In this document: positions 16,147 to 24,785 of the stretch, one piece after another
Position numbering within the stretch: the first letter of the stretch is position 1
Layout of the letters: each line of letters starts with the position of its first letter
From: a bacterium
GTDB lineage: Bacteria; Actinomycetota; Coriobacteriia; Coriobacteriales; QAMH01
Assembly (NCBI GenBank): GCA_963642995.1
Contig: CAVIIZ010000004.1
Span: forward strand, 1-59,105
Direction: 5' to 3'
DNA: 59,105 nucleotides
Notes under the pieces: generated by a model
What the model was told of the DNA's origin: nothing
What the model saw: only the letters and a program-made list of their open reading frames with translations
The model's database searches: none
Made by a program: the position numbers and the translations under genes

Positions 16147-17085
16147 ATGGGCAAACCGAGAATCTACATAGACGGCCAAAGCGGGACGACAGGCCTGCAG
16201 ATAGTGGAGCGCATCGAGGCGCGCGACGACCTCGAGCTGCTGCGCATCGACGAGGACAAGCGCCACGACGCGAATGCGCGCCGCGAGCTGATAGCAGCCG
16301 CCGACCTCGTTTTCCTGTGCCTGCCCGACGAGGCGGCCCGCGAGGCCGTGCAGCTGGCAGAGGGCACGGACGCCCGCATCATCGACGCCTCGACGGCGCA
16401 CCGCGTGGCGCCGGGATGGGTCTACGGCTTTCCCGAGCTCGGGCCTGGGCAGCGCGCGCGCATCGCCGGCGCATCGCGCATCGCCAACCCCGGGTGCCAC
16501 GCGACCGGTTTCATCGCCTGCGTCGCGCCGCTCGTGGCCTGCGGCCTGCTGCCGGCCGACTATCCCCTTTCCTGCTATTCGCTCACGGGGTATTCCGGCG
16601 GCGGCAAGAAGACGATCGCCGCCTACGAGGATCCGGCACGCGGCGAGGAGCTGTCGTGGCCCGGCGTCTACGCGCGCGGCCTCTCCCACAAGCACCTGCC
16701 GGAGATGCAGCAGGTGTGCGGCCTTGCGCACGCCCCGGCCTTCCTGCCCGCGATCGACGACTATCTTGCCGGGATGGCGGTGAGCATCACCTTGCACAAC
16801 CGCCTGCTTTCCGGCGCGCCCCATGCCCGCGACCTGCGCGAAGCCCTGGCCTGCCACTACGAGGGCGCGCGTTTCGTCGAGGTTGCGCCTTTCACCGACG
16901 AGCCGCCCACGCTCTACGCCGGAAAGCTGGCGGGCACGAACCGCCTGCGCATCGAGGTGAGCGGAGACGCGGAGCGCAGCTGCCTTGTCGCCTTGTTCGA
17001 CAACCTGGGAAAGGGCGCGTCGGGCGCGGCGGTGCAGAACATGAACATAGCGCTCGGCCTGCCCGAGGAAACAGGGCTAGAATAG
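16147..17085 (+). CDS. argC: N-acetyl-gamma-glutamyl-phosphate reductase, short 'uncommon' form (~312 aa)
   Basis: MGKPRIYIDGQSGTTGLQI.., active-site region IANPGCHATG, C-terminal DNLGKGASGAAVQNMN. ATG 16147 is preceded by GAAAGGA. The track ORF start at 15841 is run-through. Confidence 0.9.
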   Translation: MGKPRIYIDGQSGTTGLQIVERIEARDDLELLRIDEDKRHDANARRELIAAADLVFLCLPDEAAREAVQLAEGTDARIIDASTAHRVAPGWVYGFPELGPGQRARIAGASRIANPGCHATGFIACVAPLVACGLLPADYPLSCYSLTGYSGGGKKTIAAYEDPARGEELSWPGVYARGLSHKHLPEMQQVCGLAHAPAFLPAIDDYLAGMAVSITLHNRLLSGAPHARDLREALACHYEGARFVEVAPFTDEPPTLYAGKLAGTNRLRIEVSGDAERSCLVALFDNLGKGASGAAVQNMNIALGLPEETGLE

Positions 17086-17229
17086 GCTCCCGGCGAAAGG
17101 CCGTGTGAAGGGCGCGGGTGCGAAAGGCACGCGCGCAAGGCGCATGCGAGAGCGGGCGGCGAGGGAGGCATGGGACATGCGGCCTTCGGGTGCCCGCGCC
17201 GCATCGAAAAAAGGGACGCGCGAGGCACC

Positions 17230-18174
17230 ATGGCAGGCAAACGCAAAGACGACAAGCAGCAAAGCTACCGCTACACGGCGAGCTACCACGACGAGCGCCT
17301 CGAGGAGCAGAAGGCGGCGAACAAGGGCTTGCGGCGCATCCTGATCGTCCTCATCGTCGTCTTGCTCGCGTTTCTCGCGGCCAGCATATGCATCGCGTTT
17401 GCCATGAGCTCCCGGACGGGAGACGGCATGCACGGCGGCGCGGGCACGCAGACGCAGGCAGGCGATGCGCGAAACGCGACGAGCGCGAACGCGGACGGCG
17501 AGGACAAGCGCACGGCCGTCTCGGACAGCGACAACCGCACCAGGCCCGGGCGCAAGGTGTGCTACCTCACCTTCGACGACGGCCCGTCGGAAAACACCCG
17601 CAAGATACTGGACATACTCGCGAGATACGACGTGAAGGCCACGTGGTTCGTCATCGGCACGAGCGGGCACCTCGACTACGCGAAAGACATATGGGCGGCC
17701 GGCCACCAGATCGGCCTGCACACCTGGGACCACGAATACGACGTGGTCTACGCATCGGATGCGGCCTTTTGGAACTCCATCGAAAAGATCGGCGACGCCG
17801 TGGCCGCCGAAATCGGGACGAAGCCGACGCTCATACGCTTTCCCGGCGGCAGCGTAAACGACTACAACCGCAGCCTCTACCAGCAGCTGTGCACCGAGGC
17901 GGGCGAAAAGGGCTACCACTACTTCGATTGGAACGTGTCCAGCGGAGACGCCTCGCCGCGCGGGCTGTCGGCCGACGAGATATACGGCAACGTCACGGGC
18001 AACGCCGCCGACAAGAACTCGGCCTGCGTGCTCATGCACGACACCGAGGCCAAGGGCACCACCGTCGAGGCCCTGCCGCGCATGATCGAGTGGTTCAAGG
18101 CCAACGGATACGAGTTCGACGTGCTGCAAGCCGACTCCTTCGGCTACCACTACTGGCCGGTAGACGAAGGATAG
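17230..18174 (+). CDS. Membrane-anchored polysaccharide deacetylase (NodB/CE4 family)
   Basis: TM helix ILIVLIVVLLAFLAASICIAFA and NodB motifs YLTFDDGPS, HTWDH and IRFPGG. The alternative start ATG 17170 (GGGAGG only 1 nt upstream) cannot be excluded. Confidence 0.85.
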   Translation: MAGKRKDDKQQSYRYTASYHDERLEEQKAANKGLRRILIVLIVVLLAFLAASICIAFAMSSRTGDGMHGGAGTQTQAGDARNATSANADGEDKRTAVSDSDNRTRPGRKVCYLTFDDGPSENTRKILDILARYDVKATWFVIGTSGHLDYAKDIWAAGHQIGLHTWDHEYDVVYASDAAFWNSIEKIGDAVAAEIGTKPTLIRFPGGSVNDYNRSLYQQLCTEAGEKGYHYFDWNVSSGDASPRGLSADEIYGNVTGNAADKNSACVLMHDTEAKGTTVEALPRMIEWFKANGYEFDVLQADSFGYHYWPVDEG

Positions 18175-18206
18175 GGCGGCGCCGAGAGGGGCGCGTCGGC
18201 GCAAGC

Positions 18207-18247
18207 GGCTGCCGGCTGCAGACGCGTCGCGCGCGCAGCCGGCAGCC
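18207..18247. terminator. Perfect 13-bp-stem GC hairpin between the convergent deacetylase and rho genes
   Basis: GGCTGCCGGCTGC-N15-GCAGCCGGCAGCC. It is followed by gggCTTTCCC on the plus strand, and there is no clean U-tract on either side. Confidence 0.45.
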
Positions 18248-18263
18248 GGGCTTTCCCCCGAAC

Positions 18264-20240
18264 CTAGACCACCATGCCCTGCTTGTTGGACTTGCGCGCC
18301 GACTTGATCAAGAACTCCTGGTTGGTCTCGGTCTGGCGCAGGCTCTTGATGAGCATGTCCATCGCGCGCTCGGTGTTGTTCATGTTGGCGAGCAGACGGC
18401 GCAGCCCCCACACGAGCGGCGCCTCCTGCGCGTCCACCAGCAGCTCGTCTTTGCGCGTGGACGAGGCCACCGGGTCGATGGCCGGGAAGATGCGGCGCTC
18501 GGACAAGGTGCGGTCGAGTTTCAGCTCCATGTTGCCCGTGCCCTTGAACTCCTCGAAGATGACCTCGTCCATCTTCGAGCCGGTGTCCACGAGCGCCGTG
18601 CCCAAGATGGTGAGCGAGCCGCCGCCCTCGATGTTGCGCGCCGCGCCCAAGAAGCGCTTGGGCGGGTAGAGGGCCGTGGAGTCCACGCCGCCGGACAGGA
18701 TGCGCCCGGAGGCCGGTTGCGCGAGATTGTAGGCGCGCGCGAGGCGGGTGATGGAATCGAGCAGGATGACGACGTCGTGGCCTGCCTCGACGAGGCGCTT
18801 GGCCCGTTCGATGACGAGCTCGGCCACGGCGATGTGGTTGTCGGCCGGCATGTCGAAGGTGGACGAGACCACCTCGCCGTCGATGGAGCGCTCCATGTCG
18901 GTGACCTCTTCGGGGCGCTCGTCGACGAGCAGGCACATGAGGTGCACCTCGGGGTTGTTCGCGCTGATGGCCGCCGCGATGTCCTTCAAGACGGTGGTCT
19001 TGCCGGCCTTCGGGGGCGAGACGATGAGTCCGCGCTGGCCTTTGCCGATGGGCGAGACCAGGTCTATCGCGCGCGCCGTGACGGCGTCTTTGCCGTGCTC
19101 GAGCACGAGGCGCTCGTCGGGGTAGACCGGGGTGAGGTTCTGGAACTTCACGCGGTGCTGCGGCCCTTCGAAGGGCTCGTCGTTTAACGCCAAGATCGTG
19201 TTCAAGGCCGGGTACTTCTCGTTGTCGCGCGGCGGGCGCACGCGGCCGGCCACGTGGTCGCCCTTGCGCAGGCCCATGCGGCGCACCATGCTCGAGCCCA
19301 CGTAGACGTCGTGCTCGCCCGGCAGGTAGCCCTTGGTGCGGATGAAGCCGTAGCCGTCCGGCATGAGGTCGAGTATGCCCTCCACCTCGACGAAGCCCTC
19401 GGATTGGAGCAATGCGTCGTAGACGGCCGAGACGAGGTCGTCGCGCTCGCCGTACTCGGTCGGGTCGACGGAGAGCTCGAGCGCGCGGGCGACGAGGGCG
19501 TCGTCTTCGAGACTTGCCAGCTCGTCGCGGGTGGCGGAAGGCACGACCTCGCGACGCTGGTGGTTGTTGCCGTTGCGGCGGTTGCGGCGGTTGCGGCGGT
19601 TGCGCGGGGAGCCCTGCGGGGCGCCTTGCGCGTCTGCCTGCGCGCGCTGCTCGGCCCCTGCCTTCGCAGGGCCGTCGCCCTTGGAGGCCCGGCCGCCTTG
19701 GACATCGGCGTTTTGGGCGGCGGGACCGCCCTGGCCGCCGCCGTTTCTCGCTTTCCCGCCTCTGGCCCCTTGTGCCTTCTCGGGCGCCGTGCCCGCACCG
19801 CCGGTCGCGCCGGCACGGCGGGCGGTGCGGGCCTGTGCCTGCACGGGCGCGTCTTGGCCGTCGCGCGCGCCGGCGCCCCTCGCACCGGCTCCCGCCTTTT
19901 CCGCAGACGCGTCCCCCGCCCCGGATTTTCCCCCGAGTGCGGCGACTGCGGCTTTTCTCGCGACGTCGACAGAGGCGTTGCCCGCGCCTTCGACTGCGGC
20001 GGTGGCGGCCGCCATCGCGGCGGACTGCGCCTCCTTGTCCTTTCTGGAGGGACGTCCGCGCTTCTTCGAGGGCGGGACGATGCCCAGCTCCTCCATGGCC
20101 TGCCGCGCCCCCTCCTCGGCGGCGCGCGCCATCTCCATCTCGGCCTTGGTGCGCCTCTTGCGCCGTTTGGGCTTTTGCGCCGCGTCGTCGCCGGCGGCGA
20201 GCGTCATCTGCTCCGCGTCCACTTCAGCCTCCCCCGTCAT
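18264..20240 (-). CDS. rho: Transcription termination factor Rho with a ~235-aa basic low-complexity N-terminal extension
   Basis: The core (GFIRTKGYLPG.., PPKAGKTT, LVDERPEEV, GGGSLTILGTALV) is unmistakable. Start set to ATG 20240, which overlaps the tal stop (ATGA). The longer track ORF overlaps tal in another frame. Confidence 0.9.
   Translation of the reverse strand: MTGEAEVDAEQMTLAAGDDAAQKPKRRKRRTKAEMEMARAAEEGARQAMEELGIVPPSKKRGRPSRKDKEAQSAAMAAATAAVEGAGNASVDVARKAAVAALGGKSGAGDASAEKAGAGARGAGARDGQDAPVQAQARTARRAGATGGAGTAPEKAQGARGGKARNGGGQGGPAAQNADVQGGRASKGDGPAKAGAEQRAQADAQGAPQGSPRNRRNRRNRRNGNNHQRREVVPSATRDELASLEDDALVARALELSVDPTEYGERDDLVSAVYDALLQSEGFVEVEGILDLMPDGYGFIRTKGYLPGEHDVYVGSSMVRRMGLRKGDHVAGRVRPPRDNEKYPALNTILALNDEPFEGPQHRVKFQNLTPVYPDERLVLEHGKDAVTARAIDLVSPIGKGQRGLIVSPPKAGKTTVLKDIAAAISANNPEVHLMCLLVDERPEEVTDMERSIDGEVVSSTFDMPADNHIAVAELVIERAKRLVEAGHDVVILLDSITRLARAYNLAQPASGRILSGGVDSTALYPPKRFLGAARNIEGGGSLTILGTALVDTGSKMDEVIFEEFKGTGNMELKLDRTLSERRIFPAIDPVASSTRKDELLVDAQEAPLVWGLRRLLANMNNTERAMDMLIKSLRQTETNQEFLIKSARKSNKQGMVV
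19563..19607. repeat. 9-bp tandem repeat GTTGCGGCG (3 perfect and 2 imperfect copies) inside rho
   Basis: Perfect copies at 19572-19598 with degenerate flanking copies. It encodes RNRRNRRNRRNGNN on the minus strand. Confidence 0.8.
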
Positions 20241-20899
20241 GCGCTCACGACCTTCTCCCAGTCGGCCTCGAACTTCGCCAGCCCCTGGTCGGTCAGCGGA
20301 TGCAGCACGCATTTCCTCATCGCCGCATACGGCACCGTCGCGATGTCCGCGCCGAAAAGCGCCGCGATGCGCACGTGGTTTGCCGAGCGTATGGATGCCG
20401 CGATGGTCTCGACCTCGTGGCCGAAATCGTAGTTGCCGAGAGCCGCCACGATGTCGCCGAGCTGGGAGGCTCCGTCTTCGGAGATGTCGTCGAAGCGCCC
20501 GACGAAGGGGCTGATGTAGCGCGCGCCGGCACGGCAGGCCAGCATGGCCTGCGCCACGCTGAACACAAGCGTCATGTTCACGTCTATCCCCGCGTCGAAA
20601 AGCGCGCGCGTCGCCGCCAGGCCCTCGACGGTGCACGGCACCTTCACCACGATGTTGTCGGCCACCTTCGCGAGCGCGCGCCCCTGCTCGACCATCTCCT
20701 CGCGGGTCGTGCCCGTGACCTCGCCGCTGACAGGGCCGTCCACGAGCGCGCAGATCTTGCCCAGATGCTCCTCGAAATCGTCCAGCTTGCCGCCTATGCG
20801 CGCGTAGAGGCTGGGGTTGGTGGTGACGCCGGCGAGCACTCCCCAGGACGCGACCTCCTCGATTTCGGCCAGATCTGCTGTGTCCAAGAAGAATTTCAT
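20237..20899 (-). CDS. tal: Transaldolase / fructose-6-phosphate aldolase (short type 3B, 220 aa)
   Basis: MKFFLDTADLAEIEE..GVTTNPSL..VKVP.. family sequence. ATG 20899 is preceded by AAGGAG. Confidence 0.9.
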   Translation of the reverse strand: MKFFLDTADLAEIEEVASWGVLAGVTTNPSLYARIGGKLDDFEEHLGKICALVDGPVSGEVTGTTREEMVEQGRALAKVADNIVVKVPCTVEGLAATRALFDAGIDVNMTLVFSVAQAMLACRAGARYISPFVGRFDDISEDGASQLGDIVAALGNYDFGHEVETIAASIRSANHVRIAALFGADIATVPYAAMRKCVLHPLTDQGLAKFEADWEKVVSA

Positions 20900-21157
20900 G
20901 GCTTTTTTCGACTCCTTTTCCTCATCGCCGAAGGCCCCTCGGCGCCTTTTCCCTTCAAAACGCAACGCGCGCGCGTGCACGCGACAAAAAGAGAAGAACG
21001 GCATGTGAAGGGAATTGCAACGCGGCGGACATGCGTTTGCCGCGCGAAACAGTGCGCACAATATAGCACTGCGCCGGACGCGCTACAATAGGGAAAATTC
21101 TGCGCGAAAAGGCCGCGGTGCCGCATCGGACCGCAAGCCGGAAAGGTGAGGCGCCCC

Positions 21158-21934
21158 ATGTCGATGCCCAGGTTTTTCATGGACGACATCATGCCGAAAG
21201 GCGATGTGGTCACGTTGCCTGTAAGCGAAAAGGAGCGCCGCCACATGATCGTGCGCCGCATAGAGCCGGGCGAGCACATCGCCTGCTGCGCGGCGGGCGG
21301 CCAATGCTGGGAGGTCGAGGTCGTCTCCTTAGACGGCCGGCAGGCGCTCGCGCGCTGCGTCGGCAAGCTGCCCGTGGAAAAGCTCCCCAACCTCACCTTG
21401 GTGCAGGGCATCTCCAAGGGCGACCGCATGGGCCAGACCATACGCCAGACCACGGAGCTGGGCATACAGCACATCATCCCCTTCCTCTCCGAGCGCACCA
21501 TCGTGCGCCTGAAAACAGACGAGCACGCGTTGAAAGGCGAGCGCTGGCGCCGCATCGCGCTGTCGGCGGCCAAGCAGTCGGGCCGCTCCATCCTGCCCAT
21601 CGTGGACGACCCCACGAAAATAGACGACATATGCGAGGAGCTCGAGGATTTCGACCGCATCGTCATCGCGTGGGAGGAAGCCGACACAAACGCCGAGGGC
21701 AAGCCGGCAAGCATCGGCGACGCGCTTGCCGGCTGCGATTTTTCCAGCAAGGTCGCGCTCGTCATCGGCCCGGAGGGAGGCTTGACCCGTGCCGAGGTCG
21801 AGGCGCTGCAGGGCATCGGGGACGCGGTGCGCGTCGCCAGCTTGGGCAAGCTCATCTTGCGCACGGAGACGGCCGGCACGGTCGCCACGGCGCTGTGCAT
21901 GTACCAGCTGGGCGGTCTGGGCAACAACAGGTAG
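21158..21934 (+). CDS. rsmE: 16S rRNA (uracil1498-N3)-methyltransferase
   Basis: ..PRFF.. N-terminus, ..LVQGISKGDRM.., ..ALVIGPEGGLT..E.. SPOUT motifs. ATG 21158 lies 6 nt after GAAAGGTGAGG. The track GTG at 21146 lies inside that RBS. Confidence 0.9.
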   Translation: MSMPRFFMDDIMPKGDVVTLPVSEKERRHMIVRRIEPGEHIACCAAGGQCWEVEVVSLDGRQALARCVGKLPVEKLPNLTLVQGISKGDRMGQTIRQTTELGIQHIIPFLSERTIVRLKTDEHALKGERWRRIALSAAKQSGRSILPIVDDPTKIDDICEELEDFDRIVIAWEEADTNAEGKPASIGDALAGCDFSSKVALVIGPEGGLTRAEVEALQGIGDAVRVASLGKLILRTETAGTVATALCMYQLGGLGNNR

Positions 21935-21942
21935 CAGGGAAA

Positions 21943-23325
21943 ATGGAGCACGCGACGGGGGGCGCCCCCTCTTTTTGCATCCGCACGCTCGGGTGCAAGG
22001 TCAACCGCGCCGAAAGCGAGGCCATCGCGGCGCAGCTCGCGTGCGCGGGGTGGCGCATGGCGACGGCGCCCGGCGACGCCGACGTCGTCATCGTGAACAC
22101 CTGCACGGTCACCGGCGAGGCCGACCGCAAGAACCGCAAGCTCATACGCCGCATGCTCGACGAAGGCTCCTGCCCCGTGCTCGTATGCGGGTGCGCGATC
22201 AACATCGACGCCGGCTTCTACGCCGACATCGACGCGCGCGTCGTGTGCGAAAGCGACAAGAAGCTCGTGGCGAGGCGGGCGGCCGAGCTGGCGGGAGCCG
22301 TGCGCGGGAAAGGAGCGGACGGGAAATCTTGCGGCGAGGGCACGACGGCAAATGCCGCAGCGGCGGGCGGGGAAAAGGCGGAAGAGGCGGACGGGAGCCC
22401 GGACGGCAAGCGCGTGCGGGCGATCTCGGGCCTGCGCAAGGCGGGCGGGCTGCGCACGCGGGCAGACCTCAAGATCCAAGACGGCTGCGACAACGCGTGC
22501 GCCTTCTGCATCGTGCACGTGGCGCGAGGACCTGCGCGCTCGGCGCCGTCTGCCGAGGTGCTGGCGCAAGCCGGCGAGCTGATGGACGCGGGCGCACGCG
22601 AGATCGTGTTGGTCGGCATCGACATAGCCGCCTGGCGCGAGGATGCGCATGGAAAACGCCGCGACCTGGCCTGGCTTGCCGGGCAGCTGCTCGCACGCAC
22701 GGGCGTCGGCCGGCTGCGCCTGTCGTCCATAGAGCCGCACAACCTCACAGCGCAGCTCGTGGATGCTTTCGCCGCGCATGAGGGGCGCCTCGCGCGCCAT
22801 GCGCACCTGTGCCTGCAGTCGGGCTCGGACAAGGTGCTGCGCGAGATGGCGCGGCGCTACACGGCACGCGGATTTTACGAGCGGGTAGACGCCCTGCGCG
22901 CCGCCGTGCCGGACATCGCGCTGTCCACCGACCTCATCGTGGGCTTTCCGGGCGAGACCGACGAGGACTTCGAACGCACCTGCGAGATGGCGCGGCGCTG
23001 CGCCTTCATGCGCCTGCACGTGTTTCGCTACTCGCCGCGCCCGGGCACGCCCGCAGCCGAGCGCAACGACCAGGTGGACAGCCATGTAGCCGCTGCGCGC
23101 TCGGCGAAGTTGCAGGCGCTTGGGCTTGAGCTTGCCGCACACGACCGCCGGATGCGCGTCGGCAACACGGAGCTGGTCTTGGTGGAACGCCCGGGGCGGG
23201 GCACCTCCGAGAGCTACCACACGGTGATAATCGAGGGGAAGGCGCCCTGCGGGCAGCTCGTGCCCGTGCGCTTCACCGATGCAGATGAAAGACGCGGCGT
23301 GCTCGTGGGGCGGGCGCTGCTCTAG
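21943..23325 (+). CDS. mtaB: tRNA methylthiotransferase, MtaB-like radical SAM enzyme
   Basis: UPF0004 domain (IRTLGCKVNRAESE), radical-SAM CDNACAFC and a C-terminal TRAM-like region. It follows rsmE as in the Bacillus yqeU-yqeV pair. ATG 21943 is in frame within track ORF 21118..23325. Confidence 0.88.
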   Translation: MEHATGGAPSFCIRTLGCKVNRAESEAIAAQLACAGWRMATAPGDADVVIVNTCTVTGEADRKNRKLIRRMLDEGSCPVLVCGCAINIDAGFYADIDARVVCESDKKLVARRAAELAGAVRGKGADGKSCGEGTTANAAAAGGEKAEEADGSPDGKRVRAISGLRKAGGLRTRADLKIQDGCDNACAFCIVHVARGPARSAPSAEVLAQAGELMDAGAREIVLVGIDIAAWREDAHGKRRDLAWLAGQLLARTGVGRLRLSSIEPHNLTAQLVDAFAAHEGRLARHAHLCLQSGSDKVLREMARRYTARGFYERVDALRAAVPDIALSTDLIVGFPGETDEDFERTCEMARRCAFMRLHVFRYSPRPGTPAAERNDQVDSHVAAARSAKLQALGLELAAHDRRMRVGNTELVLVERPGRGTSESYHTVIIEGKAPCGQLVPVRFTDADERRGVLVGRALL

Positions 23326-23403
23326 GAAAAGCGCGGGTGCGCGCCAGGAGAGCGAAGGCGCCCCGGGACAAGGGCGCCCGAGACGAGAAACGCGGCCGGA
23401 TGC

Positions 23404-24090
23404 TCAGCGCGCAAGCGCGAGGATGCGGGCCGCGATCGAGCCCGGGTCTTCCAGGGAGGCGCCGGCGCGGGCGGCGAACTCGGAGGAAGCCTCCTCGTTT
23501 TCTTCTGCGAGCCGCACGAGGGCGGGCGTCTCGGCGAAAAGGTCGACCACGTCGCATGCGATGCCCTCGCCGGCCCACTCGTCGCGCGCGCTCTCGCACA
23601 GCGCCCGCGTGGCGGCGACGGCACTGGAAACGGCAGCGCCCGCAGCCCGCGCGCGCCTATCGGGCGGCAGGCACACGACAGCATGCCCCCTCGTGCGGGC
23701 AAGCGCGTCATGCGCAGCAGCCAGCCAGTTGAAAGCGGCGGCTGGACCTGTGCGCCACGCGGTCTCGAGCTGTGAGGCCTTCAGGCGCGCGAGCGGCACG
23801 CCCGCCACCGAGGCCATGCCCGCCACCACGACGACGTCAAGGCCGTCGAGCGCCTCTTCAGCCTGTTGCACGCAACGCGCGGCCGCGTCCGCATCCGCCC
23901 CGTCGGCCACAAGCCCGACGACGTGCCCGGCGCCGCAACCCTTGAACACGTGCACCGTCTGCAACGCGCCCTTCGAGCGCGCCGTCACCGCAAGCGATGC
24001 CCCTTCACGGGCAAGCGCCTGCGCGATGCAGGCCGCAGGCGTGCCCGCACGCCCCGCGCCCACGACCAGCACACGCAACTTTGCGCACAT
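23404..24090 (-). CDS. SDR-fold (Rossmann) protein with non-canonical active-site positions
   Basis: VLVVGAGRAGTPAACIAQALAREGASLAVTARS and LDVVVVAGM fit the SDR topology, but the YxxxK position reads SSAVAATRAL. The protein is very Ala-rich and lies 27 nt downstream of rubrerythrin. Coding status is less certain than for the neighbours. Confidence 0.6.
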   Translation of the reverse strand: MCAKLRVLVVGAGRAGTPAACIAQALAREGASLAVTARSKGALQTVHVFKGCGAGHVVGLVADGADADAAARCVQQAEEALDGLDVVVVAGMASVAGVPLARLKASQLETAWRTGPAAAFNWLAAAHDALARTRGHAVVCLPPDRRARAAGAAVSSAVAATRALCESARDEWAGEGIACDVVDLFAETPALVRLAEENEEASSEFAARAGASLEDPGSIAARILALAR

Positions 24091-24117
24091 GCCGCACTCG
24101 CCCCGCGCGAGACGATC

Positions 24118-24657
24118 CTAGTAGTTGTCGGCCAGGCGCTCGAAGTAGGCGCGGGGATGCGCGCACACCGGGCACAGCTCGGGCGCCTCCTTGCCGATGT
24201 AGACGTGCCCGCAGTTGCGGCAGATCCACATGGCGTCTCCGTCGGCGGAAAACGCCGTGCCCTCGCCCAGGCGCTCGATGAGCTTGCGATAACGCTCCTC
24301 GTGGCGCTTCTCGATGGCGCCGACCTGCGCGAACCTTTCCGCAATCTCGTCGAAGCCCTCTTCTTTGGCCGTCTTGGCGAACTCGTCGTACATGTCGGTC
24401 CACTCGAAGTTCTCGCCGTCGGCGGCGTCGGTCAGGTTCGTCAAGGTGTCGGGCACGTCGCCGTCGTGCAGGTACTTGAACCACAGCTTCGCGTGCTCTT
24501 TTTCGTTGCGCGAGGTCTCGAGGAAGATCTCGCAGAACTGCTCGTAGCCGTCCTTTTTCGCCTTGCTGGCATAGTATTGGTATTTCGTGTGCGCCTGCGA
24601 CTCGCCGGCAAACGCCGCCTGCAGGTTGGCCTCGGTCTTCGAACCCTTCAGATCCAT
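24118..24657 (-). CDS. rbr: Rubrerythrin
   Basis: Ferritin-like EXXH pairs ([26 protein letters not shown]) plus a C-terminal rubredoxin CRNCG..CPVC. Confidence 0.95.
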   Translation of the reverse strand: MDLKGSKTEANLQAAFAGESQAHTKYQYYASKAKKDGYEQFCEIFLETSRNEKEHAKLWFKYLHDGDVPDTLTNLTDAADGENFEWTDMYDEFAKTAKEEGFDEIAERFAQVGAIEKRHEERYRKLIERLGEGTAFSADGDAMWICRNCGHVYIGKEAPELCPVCAHPRAYFERLADNY

Positions 24658-24785
24658 GATGTGCAGCCCCTTCCTTGTAGGGTCGGATGGACAGAGCGCT
24701 TCATCCTAGCACGTCGGAGGCGTTTCCTAGTGGAACGCGGGAATCATCAGCCACAAGGCCAGCAAGATTTCCTTCTTCCCTTCTC

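Noticed and set aside
19563-19607. Short tandem repeat array, considered as a CRISPR or other non-coding repeat
   Set aside because: The unit is only 9 bp with no spacers, and it lies in frame inside rho (encoding RNR repeats). No cas genes or CRISPR-like repeat-spacer arrays occur anywhere in the window.
17077-20636. 619-aa (17077..18936) and 790-aa (18264..20636) minus ORFs, and the 689-aa plus ORF 17118..19187
   Set aside because: The first and third overlap the deacetylase and rho in wrong or antisense frames. The 790-aa version of rho adds 132 residues that overlap tal in another frame. The ATG at 20240, overlapping the tal stop, is the parsimonious start.
20896-23220. 774-aa minus ORF and the N-terminal 275 aa of plus ORF 21118..23325
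   Set aside because: They are antisense or out of frame relative to rsmE and mtaB, which have clear family motifs and RBSs. Their composition is typical of GC-rich non-coding frames.
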